A DNA stretch of 63,649 bases, filler included, from Asterionella formosa (lineage: Eukaryota), in the NCBI GenBank assembly GCA_002256025.1. It is 21 parts of 21 records of this genome, joined end to end, with 100 filler letters (N's around TTAATTAATTAA, not from the genome) between each part and the next. Parts side by side here need not be neighbours in the genome. Positions count along the whole stretch, not along the records: positions 1 to 1,206 come from NKIB01003687.1; positions 1,307 to 2,511 come from NKIB01003688.1; positions 2,612 to 3,816 come from NKIB01003689.1; positions 3,917 to 5,121 come from NKIB01003690.1; positions 5,222 to 6,426 come from NKIB01003691.1; positions 6,527 to 7,731 come from NKIB01003692.1; positions 7,832 to 9,036 come from NKIB01003693.1; positions 9,137 to 28,526 come from NKIB01003694.1; 13 more parts are not named here. One strand, written 5' to 3'. A program made the position numbers and the translations under genes. Each line of letters opens with the position of its first letter. Position 1 is the first letter of the stretch. Shown one piece after another: positions 1 through 10,086 of this stretch. Under the pieces are notes generated by a model. It worked only from the letters and a program-made list of their open reading frames with translations. It was not told where the DNA came from and searched no databases.

Positions 1-1206
1 TCTTGAAGAGAACGCAAAAAATATTCGAGTGTCAGTTTTTCCATTTTTATATTTTGGAGGTAGTAGTGTGCTCTTTTTAATCGATTCATCAAAAGAACTG
101 GGTCTTGATTAAGTCCATGCTCAATATCTGCTTTATTGTCAAAGAACATGGGATAGTCTTCACCAAGATACTCAATTGTTGATGGGATTCTTCTCACGTA
201 TGCAGAAATAGTTAAAGCCATTATTTCCAGAATTGCATTATTGGCTGTGGCCCCCCAAAGGTCTATAATGACAATGTTGTGCTTTATCAAATTGTCATAA
301 TCTGTAAAGTTCGAAGTGTAAAGCATCGTGACAGAGGGGTCAATTGTTGTTGAATTATCTATTGCCAACTCAGAAGGCAATTCATTTTTTATCGTCTCTA
401 CCTCAGCACTGCCTTTTGGTGCCCCTGGTAGCCATAACTTCTGTCGTGTTGTCATTAAAGTGTGTATTGTGGCTAATCGTCTATACTGTTGTCCAAGCAA
501 GATAACTCCTGCACTTGAAGATTCAATCAAAATGTCAAGATCTTGCAAAGTGAATTTTTCAGCACTGCTTTCCACTGTCACTGGATGTCGAACTGTGTAA
601 ACAGCTACTTTCTCAAACCAATTAGAATTCAGATATTTTGTCAAGAATGTTCGGACATCATCAGACAGAACAAACAAAGCGAGGCAGTGCTCAAGACTTG
701 CCAGAAAGTTACTGTTCCTTAATGTATTCTCGAGGCGTAATGTTTGATAAATGTGTACGGGAAGATTCATAGCGTGATGCATGATACCAACCCATGGCAT
801 TCTCACTGTCTCTTTCTTGTCCGATTCAAAATATTTCTCTACGAAATCCAGAAAAAATATGTCGGTCAGGTTACCGCCTTTTCGATCAATATCGATCTTT
901 TCAGAATTTGTAACCATAAGATTTGGAATCAATCAAATACTGTATCACGCGTCCCCATCCACTTCGATGGCTCACCGTTTGAAAATAACTGTCATCTGCC
1001 AAATGAAATTTCATGGCTTTACTTTCCTTTAGCGTCGTGACAAAATTCGGATTCCAAAAGTCACAGAGCATATAGTTCTTGGGACGGTTAGCTGTGATTT
1101 CAGCAAGAAAAGTATGTGCTTCGTCTTCATTAGTGGCTGTGGTCGAGTCGATAATAAACTTCCAGAGCTGTGATAACGCTAGGGTTTCATTATAAGACCG
1201 AGTGCA
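1..1206 (-). pseudogene. Frameshifted ORF of an uncharacterised family with HRSGW...PWxGxxHH...ANNxxxE...EYLGEDYP motifs (recalled from giant viruses and cyanobacteria); partial at both ends
   Basis: Manual translation of the minus strand: ...QTVSHRSGWGRVIQYLIDS, then a 1-nt shift near 922-924, then NLMVTN...FLDFVEKYF...MPWVGIMHH...FLASLEHCLALFVLS...VRHP...LGQQYRRL...YDNLIKHNIVIIDLWGATANNAILE...IEYLGEDYPMFF...AHYYLQNI. The frame stays open to position 1 and is absent from the ORF track. Confidence 0.7.
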
Positions 1207-1306
1207 NNNNNNNNNNNNNNNNNNNNNNNNNNNNNNNNNNNNNNNNNNNNTTAATTAATTAANNNNNNNNNNNNNNNNNNNNNNNNNNNNNNNNNNNNNN
1301 NNNNNN
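1207..1306. other. Artificial contig spacer N44-TTAATTAATTAA-N44 (first of 20 in the window)
   Basis: The same 100-nt block, with stops in all six frames, recurs at 2512, 3817, 5122, 6427, 7732, 9037, 28527 etc. Adjacent pieces are unlinked, and ORFs running into X's are truncated by it. Confidence 0.98.
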
Positions 1307-2150
1307 AAAACGTGCACAACCAGGCCTTCCAGGGTTGTTTGTTAGAATACATAGGAAAATGCACCTATCCAGAGAACGACATCACAACAGTTACAATTCA
1401 AGTCCTCCTTGAAAGTACGGCGCCACCAGATAACAAAAGACAATAAGTGAATTGTATCCTAGTATGTTATGAGACAATGAGGACTCGTGGATAGCTGCTT
1501 TTCCATCATTTCAATTATTCATTCGATCATGATAGATAAGGGTCATTGTAGACTCCGCCTAGTAGTTCTCTCTTGAAGAGGCTTGGATGATGAATTCTCT
1601 GAAGTTGTGATTAGATTGGATGGCTCTTCATCCTTGTGTGCATTTCCTATTGATTAAGAATGCGGTATGAACCAGAAAACCATCTTCGGCTCCTTCAAGG
1701 ATATCCTGGATAGTTTGTACTCAAGTTCCGCTTCCTCCCTCCAACACAAACGGATCATAACACATCCCCTTTCAATAATTTTTTGACTGGGTTAGTTTTC
1801 TCTGTGGATGACATACAAAATGTTCCATGATGTCAGGATCGCTGAGCAATGACACCATGAGTTGTTGTACTGGTTCAAAGTAATGTAATGTCTGTGGCAT
1901 ACTAACAGAGAGTATTCCATTAGTGCTCTCAAGACGAATTTTCTTTTTCAACAACTCGCCACCTGTTAAACTTGGTGGAAATGAATCATCCATTCTCTTT
2001 ATCAAGGTTTAATAGAAAAGAGCTTACTTCTTTCCATGAAAATATTTCATTCTCTGTGCTTTGAATAACAATTTCATAAGATGATTAAAGTACATTGGCT
2101 GGTAGTATATAAATCTCATTAAGGAATAACATGAGTTATAATTTGATTGG
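1307..2150 (-). mobile_element. Degenerate transposase relic, possibly Plavaka-like
   Basis: ORF 2005-1772 contains QQLMVSLLSDPDIMEHF. Downstream frameshifted remnants resemble the (S/W)RxLGFIP and LSFVI motifs I associate with Plavaka-type transposases. There are many stops. Confidence 0.4.
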
Positions 2151-2611
2151 GTGCATGTTTGCTCAGCAAATACTTATTGGGAAGTTTAAATTGAAGAGGA
2201 GCGAAGAGGCATTTTCATAGACTCTTTAGAAATGAAGCCACATAATGCATAGTATCATTATCCAAACCAACGGTTTCTTTCAGTCCTTTGTCTTCTTTAC
2301 CTAGCCCTGATGCATTTGAACTCATTGAGTTATTTTCATCATTTAATGGAAATGGTATACTACCCTGGTCATCTAATTGTGGATATGGAGACTCCGTATT
2401 GAACCTATTTCCGAAATATTAGGCATACTGTATAATGAGGAGGGAAAACCGGATTTTACAGTTTCATTCTTTTCATCAGCCACTTGATGCATTTTCGCAA
2501 TACATATTTTCNNNNNNNNNNNNNNNNNNNNNNNNNNNNNNNNNNNNNNNNNNNNTTAATTAATTAANNNNNNNNNNNNNNNNNNNNNNNNNNNNNNNNN
2601 NNNNNNNNNNN

Positions 2612-3816
2612 ATGTTGTTAAGTACACGGCTATCTATTTCATTTTACATGAAACCCCGTAGATGTAGAGCAATTCCCGCTCCAGCTATCGTCTTGCCATT
2701 CGGGTACTTCTAAGTAATTTTTAGTCTCTAAGTAATTTTTATTTAAGGGCAATATGGGGCACATCGAATTTTTCGGCAATAAAATTGCCGATTTTAGCAT
2801 GACAACCAAAATAACGGTAATATGCATGGAGATGGTACAACAAGCGTAAAACACACGAGAATGATTGTAACATGCAACATCAATGAAAATTGAACATGAT
2901 GTTTGGAGCAACCAAAGTATGAAATGCGATGTAATAAGTAGCATCAAATGAGAAATAGAAAAAATTGTTTTGAGTTAGAAATGAAATAAAAAATAAGAGT
3001 TCCAATGGAGATGTATGCATTGTGAATCATTGTAGTACTTACACACCAGGCAACATTCACTTTCCATCACCACACAATCGAAGACCAAGCAAAATAAGAA
3101 GGGAAAAGCTGAACCCAATCTTGACCTACATCGTTATGTAGCGTAAATGGTCTGGTTTCTGCAACCATGCGCATCGCTGTAGTAGCCTGACACCAGTAGC
3201 AGTATTTCCGCCACAGTCATTCCTCTCTGCTGCCCACCAAACAAGCAACCCTGATCATTCCATTCTGAGCAAGCGTGATCGCCATGTAGCTTCTGATACG
3301 AACTCGTAGTAGAAATGTAGCAAAGCGCGTTAGTACAAGAAAAGCATTGCGTGGCGGCAATATTGACATCATTGTCAACGACTATACAAATCAACAAATA
3401 CGATCAACAACGGCACAATACCACATCTTCAATGAGTAGTCATTGATAAATGCATTGGTTCTCATGTAGATATGTACAATCGAAACAAAACGACAGTGCG
3501 CAACGACAAACAACGATGGAAGCGATCAAAACAAACCACGGAAGCAATCAAATCGGAAATTCGATAAATACGATCTACAATCCACATTCAGTATTTCACT
3601 GTTGTACTCACCGATCCGCTTCAACTAGCATAACAAGCAGCAGACAATGGGATAATAGAAAGACGAACGTTGCCTATTGCAAGCCCGAATAGAGCAAAGG
3701 CAGGCAAGATAGAGTGAGAACTATATTTGTGAGGACGAAATCGGGCATACGGTACGTAAAATCAATGAATATGTGAACGATATAATTCAACATTTCAGGT
3801 CTCGTAAAAATAATAC
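2612..3816 (-). repeat. Right part of the ~2 kb non-coding repeat family (continues contigs 29931-31134 and 57238-58440)
   Basis: The reverse complement of 3784-3816 is identical (33 nt, GTATTATTTTTACGAGACCTGAAATGTTGAATT) to the 3' ends of those two contigs. The reverse complement of 3816-2834 aligns to 16872-18114. Confidence 0.88.
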
Positions 3817-3918
3817 NNNNNNNNNNNNNNNNNNNNNNNNNNNNNNNNNNNNNNNNNNNNTTAATTAATTAANNNNNNNNNNNNNNNNNNNNNNNNNNNN
3901 NNNNNNNNNNNNNNNNTA

Positions 3919-4377
3919 GTAGCCGATGATCATCCAACAACGAGTACCCACCAAACATTCAAACGAAAACTTGTCGAATGTGTAGGAGCCACTCCTATTG
4001 TAAGTTGGACAGATCGGACTTTGAATGAACATGGCTTGAACGAACTTGATTCGGAAATTAAAGCGCTGGCAGAACAAGTGAATTCTTGTGACTCCATCTT
4101 GGCACCGTTCAGATCCGCCATTCGAGTGGCCGAACGAGACATACCGCTGCACTTGAAGGAATGTACACAAGACAAGGACAGTGACTGTCATCGGGATTAC
4201 TTTGGATTGGTGCAAAGTAAGACACAAATGGATTTGAAACTTACTTATAAATTTATGGATATTTGCAACGCTAGAGAGCGAACCTTGATCATGATGCAGA
4301 AATTGTTACGCGGAGAATTGGAAAAGAACATGTTGCTCAAGTATGAACAAGAACGCAAGGGAAGGAAACTGGCGTAA
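3919..4377 (+). CDS. Hypothetical protein, 5'-partial
   Basis: The frame is open from the contig start (VADDHPTTSTHQTFKRKLV...) through ORF 4021-4377 and has a helical/coiled-coil composition. No family recognised. Confidence 0.4.
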   Translation, partial: VADDHPTTSTHQTFKRKLVECVGATPIVSWTDRTLNEHGLNELDSEIKALAEQVNSCDSILAPFRSAIRVAERDIPLHLKECTQDKDSDCHRDYFGLVQSKTQMDLKLTYKFMDICNARERTLIMMQKLLRGELEKNMLLKYEQERKGRKLA

Positions 4378-5221
4378 ATAGCAGAATGATGGAGAGAATG
4401 GTCAGCGGTCACTTTTGAGACTAAATACATACACTTGTCGTTTTATCATGGCTTCTACGCATGGCTGAAATGAAATGAACACCTTTTATCGAATTCTTTT
4501 GTGGTTGGTCCAGATGCTGGAGTGACATCGTATCACTCAAGGAAGAAGCAATCAAAAGATGTATTTTGGACTCGGGTTCAGAGCGACCAATTTAAAGTGA
4601 TAATGCAGCAACTTAATAAAAAATAAAGAAAAAATCCTTTATCGATCGAAAAACACATTAATTTTATAGGGTTTGGGCTAACCACCACCATTTCGTGACG
4701 AGTAGAATGGTAGAATATTTCATTTTTCCAATTTCCCAACCCCTAGATTACCCAAAGTCAACGGCATCTTGAACGAAGCGAGGAGTGGAGTTGTTGTAAA
4801 ATCTAAATACACATGTTGAAGTACTGTTACTATCTAGCGAATCTCGGAGAGAGCACAAGTTCTTTCAGGAAAAACCAAATAAAGACTAGATCAAAGCAGT
4901 GTGAAGGGGGTCATTTGAGAAAATAAAACAAGATTTTTTATTAATTATGAATGTAGTGAAGTATTACAACATGTCGTGATAAATAGGGGTGGGTGGGGTG
5001 GGTTACAACGAAAAAGCCTGAATGATTGAATCCCATAACAAACATTAGACTCTTGAGTAGTTAGCACACAGCACAGGAAAATGTAACAAGTATTTGTTTG
5101 GAGTGAATTTCGTTTCAAGGGNNNNNNNNNNNNNNNNNNNNNNNNNNNNNNNNNNNNNNNNNNNNTTAATTAATTAANNNNNNNNNNNNNNNNNNNNNNN
5201 NNNNNNNNNNNNNNNNNNNNN

Positions 5222-6205
5222 TTCGTCAGAATGGTAAGCTTCAGATTGTGCAATCTCGTTAGTGTGATGAGGAAAAGACAAGTCCACTCCTCCAGCGTGT
5301 ACATGAAACGTGTGAGAGTCTTGAAACTTCTTCTGAACATATTCTATCATGGCGGAACATTCAATGTGCCAGCCAGGTCTTCCTTCACCCCACGGTGACG
5401 CCCAAAAGATCCCTTCTCCAACCTTTCGATTCTTCCATAAAACAAAGTCTCTTGGATCTTTTTTAAAATGATCCACTGAAGGAGAGCTTTCATTCAATAA
5501 GAAAAAATCAGTAGCAGACGACGGTGGCGCTAGCTTCCCGTACTTGGTAAGATGACCCATTTTGGCTTCAAAGGCGCGGACGTCAAAGTAAAGCCCATTC
5601 TCAGCGGTGTACGCCATTCCGTTCTCCACAAGCCTTTCTATGTATGGAACCAGGTCAGATTGTACATGCTCCGTCACGCGTGTCACAACATGAGGTCGCA
5701 AACATCCTAGAGCATCCATTTCTTGCCAGAACTCGTGTTCATACCGACGAGCCAGGGCGAGTGGTGCCTCCCCCACCTCCTTGGCGGCTGCCAGGATCTT
5801 ATCATCTACATCCGTAATGTTCATGACAAAGAGAGGAGCTGGCTTTCCTGAAAGGCTCAACGTGTGTTCCAGTATTCTGCGGACAATATCAAGACAGACA
5901 TACGTTCGAGCATGGCCAAGATGGGCGGGAGCATAAGTCGTTGGGCCGCACGTGTACCAAGCGATACCTTTCTCGTCCAATGAAGCGATGGACTTGAAGG
6001 AGTCACTCAGAGTATCGAAAAGTACCATGCCGTCATTGCAGCTGCGACGAGAGTGGCAAGTAGCAGTGTATGCCCGCGTCGCGAATCTATGTAAAGAAAG
6101 GGGGGATATGGCTTTGGTGGATCGCATCTTGTATTCACAACAGGCTGGTACCTGTCGGTGTGCTGCAACGAATCGTTTCAGCGATCCGTTGATACAAACG
6201 GCCAT
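5222..6205 (-). CDS. cysS: Cysteine--tRNA ligase, organellar-type, 3'-truncated by contig end
   Basis: [12 protein letters not shown]-like [30 protein letters not shown] and [18 protein letters not shown] motifs. Arg/Ser-rich N-terminal transit-like extension. Confidence 0.95.
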
Positions 6206-6939
6206 GGCGCTGTGACAGTGAGTTGCTTGGGGGAAAGAATCGGTTTCTCACATCAAAAAAATATCGTATGCTTCTAATAGCTGATTCGGCGCATGCTCGG
6301 GGCATAAGATATGGGCAAGTCCCACGGTTGAGCCATGATCACCGTACATCATATACCCGGTACCAGTACAACAATAATCGTCTGGATATCTTACTTACTG
6401 CCTTACCTGGTATATTATTTTAGCTTNNNNNNNNNNNNNNNNNNNNNNNNNNNNNNNNNNNNNNNNNNNNTTAATTAATTAANNNNNNNNNNNNNNNNNN
6501 NNNNNNNNNNNNNNNNNNNNNNNNNNATACCGGAAAAATTTGGTACATCACCCATTATCGTGCGTTGCAACGGCCCGCGACAGGGTGGCTGTGGTTATGG
6601 AGCAGGGGGTAGAACGCCACAACATGACGAAGTCCCAAGGATCATGAATGGGAAGAAAACTTTGCTGCATTCTGGTGGTACCATTGGACTTGGGAAACAG
6701 CGAGGAAGGTTGTATCCCGCCGTATCAAACGGTTTCGAATAAGAGGAGTTGGAACGAAGAGATGTGACAAGAACTGACATAAACATGACACTTCTGTCCG
6801 ACTCGGTCGATGGAGCAAAAGAAACGACACCAGCGTCCGGTTATTTGCAAATGGCTGTACTTGATTAAAAACAAATAACCATTTTGTTAGTAACTATTTA
6901 TGAGTACATAAAAATTCTTACTTCCATATTTCCCCATAG

Positions 6940-7158
6940 GAATCAAGCAAAAACGAAAGTTGTCCTGATGAGGAATACTGTGTCGTCGATCCGGAAAGTG
7001 GGGAACTCATTCGTCTCACAGTAGCCGAAAAGGAGCGTATCTTTCTGGACGCGCTTCAGTCCTACGATGCCACTGGAAGGCAAATGCTCAAGGATGACGA
7101 GTTTGACCTATTGAAGGAAGATTTGCAATGGAATGGATCTGAGCATATATATAGCTAA
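6940..7158 (+). pseudogene. PGRL1: Isolated PGR5-like protein 1 exon fragment
   Basis: After an acceptor-like TTCCCCATAG it reads ESSKNESCPDEEYCVVDPESGELIRLTVAEKERIFLDALQSYDATGRQMLKDDEFDLLKEDLQWNGSE, matching the PGRL1 block ExxFLxALQSxY...EFDxLKExLxWxGS. Similarity stops at a (TA)n run followed by a stop codon. Confidence 0.75.
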
Positions 7159-8079
7159 AACAAGGAAAGACGACACGACAATGAACGTGATGGCTGGTTG
7201 TTGAGGATGCCGGTATGTGATATGCATCAATCCATATCACAAATCATATTATAGTGATGTACATATCAACGCATCCATATACTTAGATCCTATCCACTGT
7301 ATAATACTATCATATTAACTGTTGACTTTAACTGTATTTATTAAACGAAAAACATATATATTAATTAACATACTTTATGATTGCTTGATTTATATTCTGT
7401 GATTTATCGATAACACTTGCGGACATATTTTATCGTATTTTATTGTCATTGTACTATTTTTACATGATCATATTTTGATCAAATTTATATCATATATATT
7501 TTATAAAATCATCATAATTTTAGGATCAATGTATCATAGCTATGTGATGTACTTTATTCAATATTACGTATCATACTTCGGTGATGTATGCATCGATGTA
7601 ACCTTATCATGATATCACAGTATCATCCTATCAATCATGATGAGATGATTGGGAAGCAACTGTATTCTGCATCGTGCTACAGGGTATATTATTATATCAC
7701 GCAATTTAGTAGCGAAGTCACTCCGCCTGTANNNNNNNNNNNNNNNNNNNNNNNNNNNNNNNNNNNNNNNNNNNNTTAATTAATTAANNNNNNNNNNNNN
7801 NNNNNNNNNNNNNNNNNNNNNNNNNNNNNNNCATGTTCACACTGAACATCATATTTTTATCTTTATTACCCTACACAGAAACTCAGCGTGTTCTCCGGTG
7901 GAGGATTTATATTGAAGAATATCTTCTCACTTTTCACAATATGAAGGGTACTGATGATGTCAAATATTACAGATTCTATCTCTCGCCTCCCGAGGCTTGA
8001 GTCTTTGGTGGGGGATGAACTTGGACCGAAATCTTCAGCATCAACATCCATTTCTACTTTCTCAATTGAAGTAGATGAT

Positions 8080-9036
8080 GAACCTTTGTTTACCTGTTCC
8101 CTCAATCATCCAATTTTGGCAGACAATATTCAATATCCTCTGGAATATTACTCAATACATGATAGACAATTGCTGGATATACAATTGATTCTCAATCAAA
8201 CAACTCATCTCATTCTCAATCAACAAACCAAACACATCTGTTAAATTTTCCCTCTATCAATTTTCATCATATACATTTAATGTATTTTGTGAAGAATCCA
8301 GGAGATACTTGACGTATTGTTATTCCTACATCACTATCGAATCCTATTATTTATTGGTATCATCAGATGTTAGCTCATGTGGGTATGACAAGATGAAATG
8401 CCACAGTTTCTACACATTTTTACTATCCTCCATGAAAAGCAAGAGTGGAACATATTGCAAGCATATATGAAACATGTCAAAACGTACAAAATTACCTGAT
8501 GCTTGGTTTTGGTGAACTTTCACCAAGGAATGCATTGTTATTACAATGCTCAGAAGTCACAGTGGATTTCATTGGTCCATGGAAGATAACAGTGACTGCA
8601 CAAGCGATTGAATTTCATGCTCCAACTTGAGTCAAGTTAACACAGTCACCAATTTACCAGAAATTTCACATATCAATAATAAGACATCAGAATATATTGC
8701 GATGAAATTTAAAAATGATTGGTTGGACGGATATCTCCGTCCAGAAGGTTGTATACATGACTATGGAGGTCAATTTACTGGTATTCCTTTCATACACATG
8801 TAAGTGTTGAATGGAAATAAAATTGGGACCATTACAGTCAAGAATCCACAAACAAATGCTATCCGTGAACGTTTACATCAATCTATCAGTAAAAATCTAT
8901 GTACAAGTCATGTTAAAGGCTCATCCTCCAATCAAGGAATTTCAAGTTCAGAATATTGTGGATACCAGTTTGCTGCATCATATGCAGCTCGAGCTACTAT
9001 TTATAGTACATTGTGTATTTTCACCAGGAACATGGG
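8080..9036 (+). mobile_element. Decayed Ty3/Gypsy pol (integrase) fragment
   Basis: Frameshifted remnants WYHQMLAHVG...HFYYP...CQ (zinc-binding part), GFGELSPR...EVTVDFIGPW, WLDGYLRPEGCIHDYGGQF, TVKNPQTNAIRERLHQ. In-frame stops and CpG depletion. Confidence 0.85.
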
Positions 9037-9430
9037 NNNNNNNNNNNNNNNNNNNNNNNNNNNNNNNNNNNNNNNNNNNNTTAATTAATTAANNNNNNNN
9101 NNNNNNNNNNNNNNNNNNNNNNNNNNNNNNNNNNNNGAGTTCTACACAACCTTGGATCCTTCTACAATCTGTAAAATTCTGGAAATTTCTAGTTTTCATT
9201 ACCTTCCATTTAAGACTCAATCTCTTATATATATCACTACATCATCAAGTGATATACTGACTCTTTCTTTATGTACACATTATTATTATTGCACTCTCAG
9301 CTGTCTGTCCTTGTTACGGGGTGTTTTTTGACGAGGTAGTACCAGTGGTGTACCTGGTACCTGGTACCTGGTACCAGTGCTACATACTACCTTTCATCTC
9401 TTATCGTGCGAGCAACTCAAACGACCACAC

Positions 9431-9518
9431 AAAAAATAAAAATAAAAAAGCGCCTTTTGATCGACTTCAAGAGGACTAGAAAGACGAGTTGCCCCTGCAA
9501 CCACAAAACAAAGAAAAA
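9431..9518 (+). promoter_or_regulatory. A-rich putative 5'-UTR exon of the PABP gene, followed by a GTAAGT donor at 9519
   Basis: AAAAAATAAAAATAAAAAAG (9431-9450) and CAAAACAAAGAAAAA|GTAAGT. Candidate acceptors at 9762 and 9923 lie upstream of ATG 10087. Confidence 0.5.
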
Positions 9519-10086
9519 GTAAGTGGATGCATTGTTTGATGAAAGAGAGCCGTCAACGATAAAATGATGAACGGCCACAGTCAAAAGTTCCATCCATTTT
9601 CCTTTTGTTTTCGTCCCGAATAGCTCGACCTTGATTCGTTGATTACTTGTTACCTTTCGTTACTAGAAAATTTCGGTTTCAGGATTCCTTCATTCTGTAG
9701 CAGTCTACAAAATGCTTTGGTTGTTCTCAGGAATCTGGATTCGGTTCGTTTCCCTTTTTCAGGTTATGAGTTATATATGTAGTCGTTGTGCGGCTACCTG
9801 CCGCCTGTCGTTACTGCCGTTTTCCAAGCGTTCGATTTCTTGTGGTCGATGAGGCAGGACCAATCTCACGAATCGCGGTCTAATTTCATTATCTCCATTT
9901 ATTTCTTACCCCAACCCTTCCAGAAACAGCTAGTACCAGTAGTACAGTAGATTGTCGCATCTATTGTATCTGATTATTCAACGAGAAGCATTCTTTCCTT
10001 TCTTGCACAAAGGAATATCCAACCGATCTCTCCGACAATTTCGAATCCAAACACATCCAAGCCCTCAAACCCTCAAAAGCTATAAA

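Noticed and set aside
1251..1262. Regularly recurring TTAATTAATTAA flanked by Ns, superficially an array
   Set aside because: Artificial contig linker, not a biological repeat or CRISPR.
4986..5002. GGGGTGGGTGGGGTGGG potential G-quadruplex; also the G run at 14754-14764
   Set aside because: Isolated low-complexity tracts with no supporting context.
6954..6972. CGAAA...CTGATGAG, hammerhead ribozyme core words
   Set aside because: Only 6 nt separate the motifs, the required stems cannot form, and the words lie in PGRL1-like coding sequence (ESCPDE).
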